Shown: positions 10,141-20,292, counted from the first letter of the stretch. The stretch is 64,000 bases of DNA from Vulcanimicrobiales bacterium (GCA_038231455.1 JBBRLI010000002.1:128001-192000), one strand, 5' to 3'. The notes: a model not told the origin generated them from the sequence alone. A program made the numbers and translations.

Positions 10141-11276
10141 ACCCGAAGCTGCTCGGAATCGAGCCGTCGGTCATTCGCGCGCTTGCGGCAAAGAAGAAGC
10201 CGGATTCGATCGATCTTGGACTTGGCGAGCCGACGCTCAAACCGCAGCAACGTTTTTTCGAGGCGGCGACGCGCTGGGTTGCCGAGAACGGCACGAAGTA
10301 TACGACGAACGCCGGCGATCTTGCCACGCGCGAGCGCATCGCCGCGCATTACAATTATCCGGGGATGGCGAAGGCGAGTAACGTCTGCATGATGACGGGC
10401 TCGCAAGAAGCCGTTTTCGTAACGATCAAAACGATGTTCGATCCGAGGTTGCACGAATTGCTCGTCGTCGAACCCGCGTTTCCGGCGTACGGCAAGATGG
10501 CGCAGCTCGAAGGCATCGCTACGCGCCGCATCGCGATGCGCGCCGAAGACGATTTCGGCTACGACGTCGATGCGATTCTCGCCTCGATCGGACCGCGGAC
10601 GCGGATGATCGTCATCGGTTCGCCCGCTAATCCCACGGGCGCGGTTTTGCGACGCGCAGATGCAAAACGGCTCGCCGATGCCTTACTCGCGCGCGGCGGC
10701 GAACCGATTTGGGTGCTGCACGATGAAATTTATCGCGAGCTCACTTACGTCGATGATCCGGGTTACCTGGCCCAGGTGTATCCGTACACCATCGTTGCGA
10801 ACTCGCTCTCGAAATCAAATGCCCTGACCGGAATGCGCATCGGCTGGATCATTGCGCCCGATAGCGCGATCGACAAAATCACCCAAACGCATTCGTGGGT
10901 CACGGCGACGGCGAGTGCTTTCGGTCAGCGAATCGCGTATGAAATTTTTGGCGAACCGGGCGCTCTGCAAGAACAATTTGCCTGGTATCGCGACCAGCGT
11001 ACGAAGGTTGTCGCGGCGCTCCAACACAGCGGCATGCGCTTCATCAAACCGGATGGCGCGTTCTACGCCTGCGTGAAGCTGCCGGATGGACTGGACTGCC
11101 TTGTAGCGGCAACCGAACTCGTCGAACAGCGCGGCGTCGTCGCGATTCCGGGGAAGATTTTCGGTTCAACGCTTGCCGGTTGGCTGCGCCTGAGCTGGGT
11201 CGCGCCGATCGACCAATTTACCGAGGGAATTCGCCGAATCGCCGCCCTTGAAGCGCCAAGCGCAGTGCGGATTTAA
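10137..11276 (+). CDS. PLP-dependent class I/II aminotransferase (possibly DapC-like from context)
   Basis: LGLGEP, SPANPTG, DEIYREL, SLSKSNALTGMRIGW; ATGA overlap with dapD. Confidence 0.85.
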   Translation: MNPKLLGIEPSVIRALAAKKKPDSIDLGLGEPTLKPQQRFFEAATRWVAENGTKYTTNAGDLATRERIAAHYNYPGMAKASNVCMMTGSQEAVFVTIKTMFDPRLHELLVVEPAFPAYGKMAQLEGIATRRIAMRAEDDFGYDVDAILASIGPRTRMIVIGSPANPTGAVLRRADAKRLADALLARGGEPIWVLHDEIYRELTYVDDPGYLAQVYPYTIVANSLSKSNALTGMRIGWIIAPDSAIDKITQTHSWVTATASAFGQRIAYEIFGEPGALQEQFAWYRDQRTKVVAALQHSGMRFIKPDGAFYACVKLPDGLDCLVAATELVEQRGVVAIPGKIFGSTLAGWLRLSWVAPIDQFTEGIRRIAALEAPSAVRI

Positions 11277-11277
11277 A

Positions 11278-13461
11278 ATGAAACGTTCCTTATCAATCGT
11301 TCTTACTCTGCTCATGGTCGCTGGCGTAGCGATACCGACGCATGCCGCTGACGTCGCTCCGCTGCTTGGGTTTTCCGCTGCGACAAGTCGTGTGGAGCGA
11401 ACGCGGGAAGCCACGTTCGACGCCGCACTCAGCGCAAACAATCAGCGCGTTTGGATGAAGCGCATGTCCGCGCGCCCGCACCACGTCGGCTCGCCGCTCG
11501 ACAAGGCAAACGCTGAATTCATCGCTTCGCTCTACCGCAGTTGGGGATACGCGACGCGCATCGAGCGCTTCACGACGCTGTTCCCGACGCCGAAGCTGCG
11601 CACGCTCGAACTGATCGCACCAACACACGTGCGCGCGAAACTCTTCGAGCCGCCGATTCCCGGCGATCGAACCTCGGCACAAGCCGATCGCCTGCCGTCC
11701 TATAACGCGTACTCGATCGACGGTAACGTCAGCGCGCCGCTCGTCTACGTCAATTACGGCATTCCGGCCGACTACGACGTGCTTGCGCGCCACGGTATCG
11801 ACGTGCGCGGCAAGATCGTCATCGCCCGTTTCGGTCACTCATGGCGCGGCGTGAAGCCGCTCGTCGCAGCCGAACACGGCGCGGTCGGATGCATCATCTA
11901 CTCGGATCCCGCCGATGACGGTTACTCCGCCGGCGATGCGTATCCGAAAGGCACGGCGCGGAGTGCCGATGCCGTTCAGCGCGGCTCGGTGATGGATTGG
12001 CAGACGCGCCCGGGCGATCCAAGCGCCGACCGATCCGTGCTCACGAAGATTCCGACCCTGCCGATTTCCTCGAACGACGCGCGTCCACTGCTCGCCGCGC
12101 TTGACGGCGCCGTCGTGCCTGCCGATTGGCGCGGCGGGGTTCCGCTGACCTATCACTTCGGCAACGGTAAAGCGCGCGTGCATCTGCAGGTCGCGTTCAA
12201 CTGGACAACGGCCCCGCTTTACGATGTCATCGCCACGCTTCAGGGAAGCGAATTACCGGATGAATGGGTCGTCCGCGGTAACCACCACGACGGCTGGGTG
12301 CACGGCGCTGAGGATCCGCTCTCGGGACAAGTCGCGATGCTTGAAGAAGCGCGCGCGATCGCCCAGCTTGCAAAAGCCGGATTCCGGCCGCGGCGCACGG
12401 TCATCTTTGCGTCGTGGGACGGCGAAGAACCGGGGCTGCTCGGTTCGACTGCATGGACGAGAGCGCACGCTGAGGACTTGCAACGCCACGCGGTCATCTA
12501 TATCAATACCGATACCGACGATCGCGGCATCCTCGCGGGCGATGGTTCTTCCGTTCTCACCGCGCTCTTCAATTCCGTCGCGCGCGATGTCATCGATCCC
12601 GAACGCCACGTAAGCGTGTACGAGCGCGCACGCGACGCACAACTCGTCAGCGGCGATCGCGCGCTTGCCGACCTCGACACGGATCTTGCGCTCGAGCCTT
12701 TGGGTTCCGGGTCCGACTTCAATCCGTTCTCCGCGCACCTCGGTATCGAAACGATCGATTTTGCATACGGCGGCGAACCGCTCGGTGGGTTGTATCACTC
12801 GAACTACGATTCATTCGATGCATTCACCCGACTCGACGATCCGGGTTTTGCCTATGGCCTGCTGATGGCAAAAACCGGTGGACGGATGATTTTGCGTACG
12901 GCCAACGCCGACGTCTTACCGTACCGCTTCACGCCATTCGCTACGGCAGTTGCCGGCTACGTGAAGAACCTCGATGACGAAATCGCAACGCTACGCAAAA
13001 AAACCGAATCGCGCGCCGCACTTGCGAAACTCAATGCGTACGCGATCGCAAGCGATCCGCTCGCACCGGAAGTGACCGGCCGCCTCGGCACTGCTGTGCC
13101 GACAATCGATACGAGCGCACTGAGCGATGCGATCGCTCGACTGCAAGCTAGTGCCCGCGCCTGCGATGCGCGACTTGCCACAGCGCCTCCAACCCAGGCT
13201 GCCAGCGTCGATACGTTCCTGCGTTCAAGCGAACGCGCACTGCTCGACCCGGCCGGGCTGCCCCGACGTCCGTGGATGCGCCATCAAATCATGGTGCCGG
13301 GACGTTACACCGGCTACACGGCAAAAACACTTCCGTACGCACGCGAGGCCGTCGAGGCCGGAGCATGGGAAGAAGCCCGCACCGGCATCACAACCATAGC
13401 CGCCGCACTCAACCGCTACAGCGACATCATCGACCAAACAACAAAGGCTCTCTCACCATAG
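11278..13461 (+). CDS. Secreted M28 family peptidase, glutamate carboxypeptidase II-like (PA and transferrin-receptor dimerisation domains)
   Basis: Signal peptide; YVNYG, GNHHDGW, GAEDPLSG, WDGEEPGLLGS, YHSNYD motifs. Confidence 0.92.
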   Translation: MKRSLSIVLTLLMVAGVAIPTHAADVAPLLGFSAATSRVERTREATFDAALSANNQRVWMKRMSARPHHVGSPLDKANAEFIASLYRSWGYATRIERFTTLFPTPKLRTLELIAPTHVRAKLFEPPIPGDRTSAQADRLPSYNAYSIDGNVSAPLVYVNYGIPADYDVLARHGIDVRGKIVIARFGHSWRGVKPLVAAEHGAVGCIIYSDPADDGYSAGDAYPKGTARSADAVQRGSVMDWQTRPGDPSADRSVLTKIPTLPISSNDARPLLAALDGAVVPADWRGGVPLTYHFGNGKARVHLQVAFNWTTAPLYDVIATLQGSELPDEWVVRGNHHDGWVHGAEDPLSGQVAMLEEARAIAQLAKAGFRPRRTVIFASWDGEEPGLLGSTAWTRAHAEDLQRHAVIYINTDTDDRGILAGDGSSVLTALFNSVARDVIDPERHVSVYERARDAQLVSGDRALADLDTDLALEPLGSGSDFNPFSAHLGIETIDFAYGGEPLGGLYHSNYDSFDAFTRLDDPGFAYGLLMAKTGGRMILRTANADVLPYRFTPFATAVAGYVKNLDDEIATLRKKTESRAALAKLNAYAIASDPLAPEVTGRLGTAVPTIDTSALSDAIARLQASARACDARLATAPPTQAASVDTFLRSSERALLDPAGLPRRPWMRHQIMVPGRYTGYTAKTLPYAREAVEAGAWEEARTGITTIAAALNRYSDIIDQTTKALSP

Positions 13462-13630
13462 CTAGAGTCGTCGACGAAGCTCGCCCGTGCACAGGCCTGC
13501 GTCATCAAGAATGCCTGCCAAAGTACCGCGCTTGCGTGTCTCGCCCTTGTGAACGTAAACCGAAACCATTCGCCCGGACTCAGGCTGAGGCAGTTGAAGC
13601 ATAGGCGCCTTTCGTCGCGGACGAATTCAT
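13462..13630 (-). pseudogene. Decayed HicA-family toxin remnant
   Basis: ORF 13602-13462 reads MLQLPQPESGRMVSVYVHKGETRKRGTLAGILDDAGLCTGELRRRL, matching the HicA C-terminal half. Upstream pieces DEFVR and TKGAYA lie in two other frames. Confidence 0.7.
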
Positions 13631-13633
13631 CGC

Positions 13634-16312
13634 CTAGAACTTTGGGCCCGTGTAGACTTCGATCATTCGCTCGGGATGGATGTATGTTTTTGCTACGCGT
13701 AGGATATCGGCGGGCGTGATCGCGTTGTAATGTGAGCCAAGGTCGGCGTAATAGTCGAGCGGGAGTTGGTTCATCGCGATGTTTTCGACGCGGCCAACCA
13801 AGGCGCTCGTCGATTCTTCGGAGACGAGAGCGCCGGCGATAATCTTGGTTCGGGCGCGTGCCACTTCGTCGGCGGTAACCGGCGTCGTCCGAATGCGGTT
13901 GAGTTCTGTTTTTACGAGCGCGTCGGCGGCGCGGACGTTTTTCGGGTTGGCGTTGAATGCGATCGCGAAGAGTCCGCGGTCGCGGCTCACGTCGAGTGTG
14001 CTTGAGATGCCGTACACAAGGCCGCGCTTGGTGCGGACTTCGTCCATCAGGCGCGTGTCGAAGGAGCCGCCGCCGCCGAGGATATTGCTGAGCACGTTGA
14101 ACGCGTAGAAATCGGGATTGCTGCGCGTGATCGCATTCTCGCCGAGTTGCACCGCGACGGCGTCGCGCTCAGCTGGGACGCGCTGCTTTGCGGGATGTGT
14201 CGGCGGGACCGGCGGCAATTTTACGCTTGGCGTTGCGCCCTCGTTTTGCCACGAGCCGAACGTGCGCTCGATCGCGGCGCGCACGTCTTCGGGTTTCACG
14301 TCTCCGACGACGGCGATGGTCGTGAGGTCGGGGCGAAAGTAGCGGTGCTCGTAGGCGACCATGTCCGCGCGCGTGATCGAGCGGATGCTCGCAAGCGAAT
14401 CTTCGCGCAGTGTCGGATCGCCTTTGGGTAGGAGCAAATGCGAGAACGCACGCGAGGTGAGATAGTCGGGATCGCTCGTGCGCTGCGGGATCGACGCGAG
14501 TTCTTGCGCGCGGAAGAGGTCGAGATATTGTTCGGGAAACGTCGGGTTGCGTTCGCCGTCGGCGAGCACCGCGAGCAGCGCGGGCAAATCGTGGGCGAGC
14601 CCGTGCGCATCGAAGCTCGTACCGAAGTTAATCGAGGCGCCTAAGTCATCGGCGACTTTGCGTTGCGCGTCGAAGTCGTATTGCGCGCTGCCGTAAGCGA
14701 GCAAACCGGCCGCAAACGACCCGACGCCTTCTTTGCCTTGCGCCTCGAACGCCGGCGAGCCGTCGATCGTGCCGCTCACAAAAACGGTCGGATTCGTATG
14801 GACTTCCTGCACGAAAATGCGAAGGCCGTTCGCGAGGGTGAACGCCGTTGGCTGCACTTTGCTTCGGATCGCGACCGGTGCCCGCAGAGCGGCTTTGACC
14901 CAATCCGCTTGCACGATCGGGCCGCTTGGCGAACGTTTGGAGAAGTTATCGGAGACGCCGCTTGCCGCTGCCGCCGGGTCGCCTTTGGCGTTTGTGGCGC
15001 GCGGGAGTAACGTGCCCACGACGCTTGGCTCGTTCAAATAGGTTTTGAGTGCGGCGTCGATGTCGTTTGGTTTGAGCGCGGCGACTTCGGCGTCGTCGAT
15101 TGCGGGATCGGCGATGCCTTCGATTGCGATCGCCGCGCCGTAGCGGTCCCCGAGTCCGGCGATCGAGTCGCGCGCGAAGATCGCCTGCGTTGCAACGCCG
15201 CCTTTGGCGGCGGCGAGCAATGCGGGATCGACGCCGCTCGTGCGAAGCTGCGCGAGCGTTGCTTCGTACGCAGCGCGCGCTTCGGCGGCGGTGTGACCGG
15301 GTGTAATCGAGAGCGTCACGTGCAAGAGTCCCGACCGAAGCGTCGTTTCGGTCGTGGCAGAATAACTCAGCGCGACTTTACTCAAAACGAGCGACTTGTA
15401 AAACGGCGACCGATCGCTGCTCATCAGCGATGCGAGCACCTGGGGTGCGGTGGATGCGTGATCGCCCGCGCCCGGAATCCGATAGGCGAGGTCGACGATC
15501 TCGTACGGGGTGTCACCCGTAATACTGACCGCGCTTTTTTTGGCGTCGGGCGGAGGAGTTGGGAGTGCCGCTTGCGGCAGCGCCTTTGCTTTGATCGGTC
15601 CAAACCAGCGTTCGGCAAGTTCGAATGCATCGCTCGCACGAACGTCTCCCGTGATAACGAGCGTAGCGTTGTTGGGTGCGTAGAATTCATCGTAGTAGCG
15701 TTTGATATCGGCGACCGAGGCTTTGGCGACGTCAGCGCGATGCCCGAGCGCCGTCAATGCGAACGGCGAACTCGGAAAGGCTCGCGTACGAATTGCATCG
15801 CCGAGTTTGAAGCTCGGATTGCTGAAATCGCCGTCGATTTCGCCGAGAACGGCGCCGCGTTCGAGTTTCCAATCCGACTCCCGGAGCGAAAGGTTGGTCA
15901 TGCGATCGGCCTCGATCCGCAAGGCAAGTTCGAGATGGTCGGCGGGGACGACGAAATAGTAGCGCGTGTAGTCGTTATCGGTATTTGCATTCATCACCGC
16001 GCCAAGGCGCGCCGGAATGTCGTCCAGACCGCTACCCGAAAGTGCGGACGTGCCGCGGAACATCATATGTTCGAGCGCGTGCGCAAGACCCGTTTTGCCC
16101 GGTGTCTCTTGCAGGCTTCCGAAGTGATAGTAGATCGAACTCTGCACGACCGATGCGGCGTGATCCTCGACGACGACGACCTTGAGCCCGTTTGCAAGCG
16201 TCTTCGTCTGCGCGGCATTCGGGGGGAGGGTCGGCGGTGTACGCTGCGCTTCGAGGCCGAGCGGCAGAAGTAGTGCACTCAAGATGAGCGCGACGAGTCG
16301 GCGATTGATCAC
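13634..16312 (-). CDS. Secreted M16 family (pitrilysin-like) zinc peptidase with two M16 halves
   Basis: Signal peptide, inverted zinc motif HALEH, repeated TLANGL modules, C-terminal RTKRGLVY. Confidence 0.93.
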   Translation of the reverse strand: MINRRLVALILSALLLPLGLEAQRTPPTLPPNAAQTKTLANGLKVVVVEDHAASVVQSSIYYHFGSLQETPGKTGLAHALEHMMFRGTSALSGSGLDDIPARLGAVMNANTDNDYTRYYFVVPADHLELALRIEADRMTNLSLRESDWKLERGAVLGEIDGDFSNPSFKLGDAIRTRAFPSSPFALTALGHRADVAKASVADIKRYYDEFYAPNNATLVITGDVRASDAFELAERWFGPIKAKALPQAALPTPPPDAKKSAVSITGDTPYEIVDLAYRIPGAGDHASTAPQVLASLMSSDRSPFYKSLVLSKVALSYSATTETTLRSGLLHVTLSITPGHTAAEARAAYEATLAQLRTSGVDPALLAAAKGGVATQAIFARDSIAGLGDRYGAAIAIEGIADPAIDDAEVAALKPNDIDAALKTYLNEPSVVGTLLPRATNAKGDPAAAASGVSDNFSKRSPSGPIVQADWVKAALRAPVAIRSKVQPTAFTLANGLRIFVQEVHTNPTVFVSGTIDGSPAFEAQGKEGVGSFAAGLLAYGSAQYDFDAQRKVADDLGASINFGTSFDAHGLAHDLPALLAVLADGERNPTFPEQYLDLFRAQELASIPQRTSDPDYLTSRAFSHLLLPKGDPTLREDSLASIRSITRADMVAYEHRYFRPDLTTIAVVGDVKPEDVRAAIERTFGSWQNEGATPSVKLPPVPPTHPAKQRVPAERDAVAVQLGENAITRSNPDFYAFNVLSNILGGGGSFDTRLMDEVRTKRGLVYGISSTLDVSRDRGLFAIAFNANPKNVRAADALVKTELNRIRTTPVTADEVARARTKIIAGALVSEESTSALVGRVENIAMNQLPLDYYADLGSHYNAITPADILRVAKTYIHPERMIEVYTGPKF

Positions 16313-16345
16313 CGAGCGGGGTTCGCGTTTGCAGCGCGCGCCTCC

Positions 16346-17206
16346 TCAGGAGCGCTCCTCCCGCTCGACACCTAAATAAAACCGCGCGGTACGCGCGATC
16401 GCGCGCCTTGGCGCAAGCCCAATGAGTTCGGCGCGCCGAACCGAGACGCCGTGGTTTGCGGCAAGCGACCGTACCAGTTCCGTGATGCGGTAAAGCGGCA
16501 CCGCGTCGATATCCGTCACGTTGAACGACACCTGGACGCGCTGCTCATCGAGTCGCATCGCGAGCGCCTTCAGTGTCCGAAGTCCGCCGTCACGACCGCG
16601 CAGCAGGCGGGCAATCGTCGATGCGACGCCGAGGTCGCTTGTCGCAAGCTCGACGTTGAATGCAATCAGAAATGCTCGCGCGCCGACGGCACTTGCTCCG
16701 GCAGCAACGTGGAGATGATCGCCGAAGTCGGGCTGCCAGAGCGGATCGAGCATGCGCGCGGCAAGTGCCTCATACTCTCCGCGCCGGACGTCGGCAAGAT
16801 TTTCACGTTGACTCGTGCGCGCGGCTGCGCCGTAGAGATACGACGGCACGTGCAACTCGTTCCACAAACGCTCGGCGGCTCGCGTGGCAAGATCGACGGC
16901 TTCTGCCAGCGTGGACTTGCCGAGCGGTACGAACGGCAGAACGTCGAGTGCGCCGATGCGCGGGTGTTCGCCGCGATGGGTGCGCAGATCGATGCGTTCG
17001 ACCGCTAGCGCCGCGATCGCAAGCGCCGCATCGAGCACGTGCGGCCCCGTGCCGATCGCCGTGATCACGCTGCGATGATGCGCGGGGTCGCTTGTCGTAT
17101 GCACGACCCGAGCACCGGCGCGTTCGGCCGCATCGGCGCACGCCGCGATCACCGCCGCATCGCGGCCTTCCGAGATATTCGGAACAATCTCGAAGAGGGT
17201 GCTCAA
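16346..17206 (-). CDS. Glutamate formimidoyltransferase (formiminotransferase domain only)
   Basis: EIVPNISEGRD, DPAHHRSVIT, HRGEHPRIGALDVLPFVPL, VGARAFLIAFN. Confidence 0.92.
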   Translation of the reverse strand: MSTLFEIVPNISEGRDAAVIAACADAAERAGARVVHTTSDPAHHRSVITAIGTGPHVLDAALAIAALAVERIDLRTHRGEHPRIGALDVLPFVPLGKSTLAEAVDLATRAAERLWNELHVPSYLYGAAARTSQRENLADVRRGEYEALAARMLDPLWQPDFGDHLHVAAGASAVGARAFLIAFNVELATSDLGVASTIARLLRGRDGGLRTLKALAMRLDEQRVQVSFNVTDIDAVPLYRITELVRSLAANHGVSVRRAELIGLAPRRAIARTARFYLGVEREERS

Positions 17207-18564
17207 TCAAGCGCCGCCCGAACCGCTTGCGCGATATCGCGCACTTCGTGCATCCCCGTTCCCGTTTGGCCGGCTTTCGACCGCGGCACGACAAATTCGC
17301 GAAAGCCGAGCTTCTGTGCCTCGCCGATGCGTCGCGTCCCCTGCGAGACGCTGCGAATTTCGCCGGAAAGTCCGATTTCCCCGAACGCTACGGCATCGCT
17401 TGAGATCGGCACGTTCCGAAACGCCGAGGCGATCGCAAGCGCGATCCCAAGGTCGGCAGCCGGTTCGTTGACGCGTAGCCCGCCGGCAACCGAGGCATAG
17501 ATGTCGTGGCCGCCAAGGGCCATCCCCGCGCGGCGTTCGAGCACGGCGATGATCATCGCAAGACGCGCTTGGTCGAGGTTCGCGGCAAGGCGTCGCGGTG
17601 TTCCGTATGATGTCTCGCCAACGAGCGCCTGAATTTCCACCAGCACCGGACGCGAACCGACAAGCGAGGGGACGATGCACGAGCCGCTCGGGCGTTCACC
17701 GCGGCCGTCGAGAAAAATCGAGGACGGGTTCTTGATCTCGTGCAGCCCGCGCTCGTCCATCGAGAACACGCAGATTTCATCGGCCGAGCCGAACCGATTT
17801 TTGTACGCACGCACGATGCGATAGTCGCCACTATTGTCGCCCTCGAAGTAGAGCACCGTATCGACGAGATGTTCGAGCAGTCGCGGGCCCGCGATCGTGC
17901 CGTCTTTGGTGACGTGGCCGACAACGAAGGTCGCGCAGTCGGTGCGCTTGGCAAACTCCATCAAGAGTTGCGCGCAGTCGCGTACCTGCGAGACGCTGCC
18001 GGCGTACGATTCGACTTCCGGTATCCAGACGGTTTGAATCGAGTCGACGATCAGAAACTGCGGCTTGTGGCGTTCGAGTTCGGCGAGGATCGCGCGCAGA
18101 TTCGTCTCAGCGTACACAAGCACGTTGTCGCCGACGCCCAGTCGCTGCGCGCGCATCTTTGTCTGCGCGGCAGATTCCTCACCGCACACGTATACGGCGG
18201 TGGCGCCGGACTCCGCGATCGTCTGTGCGATCTGCAGCAGCAAGGTCGATTTGCCCGCGCCGGGCGGGCCGCCGAGCAGGACGAGCGAGCCGGGGACGAT
18301 GCCGCCGCCGAGCAGCGTATCGAATTCGCCGATCCCCGAGCGAAAACGCGCGACGCGCGCGCCGTCGACATCGGCGAGGCGCACCGGCACCACGCCCGTC
18401 GAACTGGCGCGCGTTTGCGATTGCTTCACCCCGCGCGTTGCGGTCGCCGTCGGCGCTTCGGCGAACGTGTTCCACGCCTCACACGCCGGGCAGCGCCCTT
18501 CCCAGCGTGCGGATTCGTGTCCGCAGGCCGCGCAGAAGAAGAGACTCGCCTTCGATTTCGCCAT
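17203..18564 (-). CDS. radA: DNA repair protein RadA/Sms
   Basis: C4 zinc finger, Walker A GPPGAGKST, KNRFG motif, Lon-like C-terminus. Confidence 0.97.
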   Translation of the reverse strand: MAKSKASLFFCAACGHESARWEGRCPACEAWNTFAEAPTATATRGVKQSQTRASSTGVVPVRLADVDGARVARFRSGIGEFDTLLGGGIVPGSLVLLGGPPGAGKSTLLLQIAQTIAESGATAVYVCGEESAAQTKMRAQRLGVGDNVLVYAETNLRAILAELERHKPQFLIVDSIQTVWIPEVESYAGSVSQVRDCAQLLMEFAKRTDCATFVVGHVTKDGTIAGPRLLEHLVDTVLYFEGDNSGDYRIVRAYKNRFGSADEICVFSMDERGLHEIKNPSSIFLDGRGERPSGSCIVPSLVGSRPVLVEIQALVGETSYGTPRRLAANLDQARLAMIIAVLERRAGMALGGHDIYASVAGGLRVNEPAADLGIALAIASAFRNVPISSDAVAFGEIGLSGEIRSVSQGTRRIGEAQKLGFREFVVPRSKAGQTGTGMHEVRDIAQAVRAALD

Positions 18565-18621
18565 TCCCGCATCGCTTCGGCGGGGAGTTGCGGACGCCCG
18601 GTGCGTCGTACATCGCGCCCC

Positions 18622-19014
18622 ATGCGCTCACCCGGACTTCTCATCGCACCGCTGCTCGCGATCCTCACCGTGCCGGCTCTTGCCGACGCACCCTCATGCA
18701 GAGAAGCCAATCGCGCGCCGAAAGTGATCGCTGCGTCAAAACCCAGCGATCCACCCGATGCCCTCAAGCTGAAACTCAAAGGGAACGTCGAGGTCATCAT
18801 TCGTCTGGCCGACGATGGGACGGTGCGTCTGGCGACGGCTTCGAGCGGGCCGGAACAACTGCGTAAATCGGCAGAAGACGCCGCACGGAGCACGACGTTC
18901 GAGCCGGAGTTGAAAGACTGCCGCAAAATCGGTGGACTCTACACCTTCGTCGTCGAGTACGACTATACGAATCCACCGCCGACACCAACGCCCGCGCCCA
19001 AAGCAACCAAGTAA
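18622..19014 (+). CDS. Small exported protein with a TonB C-terminal-like domain
   Basis: Signal peptide ending ALA-D, then GNVEVIIRLADDGTV...SSGPEQLRKSAEDAARSTTFEP (TonB_C pattern) and a Pro/Thr tail. Confidence 0.75.
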   Translation: MRSPGLLIAPLLAILTVPALADAPSCREANRAPKVIAASKPSDPPDALKLKLKGNVEVIIRLADDGTVRLATASSGPEQLRKSAEDAARSTTFEPELKDCRKIGGLYTFVVEYDYTNPPPTPTPAPKATK

Positions 19015-19015
19015 C

Positions 19016-19693
19016 ATGGCGGTTCGCATTTCCGTTGCCCTCGATGGTCCCTCAGCCAGCGGCAAGACCACCGTCGCGAAGCGTTTGGCGCGCGAGGTTG
19101 GGTATCTCTATCTCGACACGGGTGCGATGTATCGTGCCGTCGCGCTTTTGGCGTTACGCAACGCGGTCGAAGTCGATAGCGACGAGGCGCTCACGGATCT
19201 CATCGCAACGCATCTGATCCGCATCGATGCCGCTCCGGCGACGATCGCCGGCTACCGCGTGTTTGTCGACGATCGCGACGTGAGCGAGCAACTCACCGCG
19301 CCCGATGTTACGGCCGCCGTCTCGAGCGTCGCCGCGCAGCCGCACGTTCGTGCCGCGCTCGTGCAGCGTCAGCGCGAGATCGCCGAGCGCGGGCCGGTCG
19401 TCATGGCGGGCCGCGACATCGGCACGGTCGTGCTGCCGGATTCCGAATTTAAGTTTTTCCTGACCGCCTCGCTCGATGAACGCGCGAAGCGGCGCCTCGT
19501 CGAATTGCGCGATGCGGGCGTCCACACGGATGAAGGGCATGTGCGCGCGCAGCTCGCCGAGCGCGACCGCATCGATGAATCGCGAACGAACTCGCCGTTA
19601 CGCCCGGATGCAAACGCACTGATCATCGACTCGACCGACATCGACGCTGGCGAAGTCGTGCGCCGCATGCTCGCGCACATGGGTCGCGCATGA
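19016..19693 (+). CDS. cmk: Cytidylate kinase
   Basis: ALDGPSASGKTT, YLDTGAMYRA, GRDIGTVVLP. Confidence 0.96.
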   Translation: MAVRISVALDGPSASGKTTVAKRLAREVGYLYLDTGAMYRAVALLALRNAVEVDSDEALTDLIATHLIRIDAAPATIAGYRVFVDDRDVSEQLTAPDVTAAVSSVAAQPHVRAALVQRQREIAERGPVVMAGRDIGTVVLPDSEFKFFLTASLDERAKRRLVELRDAGVHTDEGHVRAQLAERDRIDESRTNSPLRPDANALIIDSTDIDAGEVVRRMLAHMGRA

Positions 19694-20292
19694 CGGCCTA
19701 CGACATCGCACGCGGCGGGCTCAACCTCTTCATGCGCTCGCTCTGGCGTATGGAAGTTACGGGACTGGAAAACGTGCCGATGAGCGGCCCGCTGCTCGTC
19801 GCCTGCAACCACGTTTCGTACGTCGATCCGGTTGCGCTTGGCTGCGCGCTGCCGCGACCGCTTTGGTATATGGCAAAATCCGAGCTGTTCGAAATCCCCG
19901 TGCTCGGGCCGGCGATCGCGCTCGTTAACGCGTTCCCGGTCGACCGCAGCAAAGGCGGCCTTGCCGCGATCCGCAAGTCCGTTGCCATTTTAAAAGAAGG
20001 CAAAGCGATTGGGATCTTTCCGGAGGGGACGCGCAACCTCAAAGGCGAGGCCGAAGAGAAGGGCGGGGTTGCCCTGCTTGCCTCGCTTGCCGGGGCCCTC
20101 GTGCTCCCGGCGGCCGTGGTTGGGACCGCCCGGGCGACCAAACTGGGCAAAATACGGGTCGCGTTCGGCGAACCGATCCGGGTCGAGCGGAACCGAAAAG
20201 CGGCGGGAGACGATCTGGAGAAGTGGACCCATGAAATCATGAGCCGCATCCGCGGACTCGAGGAGCAAATCGGTGCACATTCGGCGGGCTAA
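19690..20292 (+). CDS. plsC: 1-acyl-sn-glycerol-3-phosphate acyltransferase
   Basis: NHVSYVD (HX4D) and FPEGTR motifs; cmk-plsC-ispH context. Confidence 0.9.
   Translation: MTAYDIARGGLNLFMRSLWRMEVTGLENVPMSGPLLVACNHVSYVDPVALGCALPRPLWYMAKSELFEIPVLGPAIALVNAFPVDRSKGGLAAIRKSVAILKEGKAIGIFPEGTRNLKGEAEEKGGVALLASLAGALVLPAAVVGTARATKLGKIRVAFGEPIRVERNRKAAGDDLEKWTHEIMSRIRGLEEQIGAHSAG

Noticed and set aside
11278-13461. M28 peptidase as DapE completing a dapD-dapC-dapE operon
   Set aside because: It has a signal peptide and GCPII architecture, whereas DapE is a cytoplasmic M20 enzyme.
13465-13625. Long imperfect hairpin suggesting 6S RNA or another ncRNA
   Set aside because: End-to-end pairing is patchy and plausible by chance at high GC; the HicA-like reading explains the region better. 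An Rfam scan would settle it.
17740-18621. 424-aa plus-strand ORF overlapping radA
   Set aside because: Antisense shadow of radA; only the part from ATG 18622 looks like a real gene.
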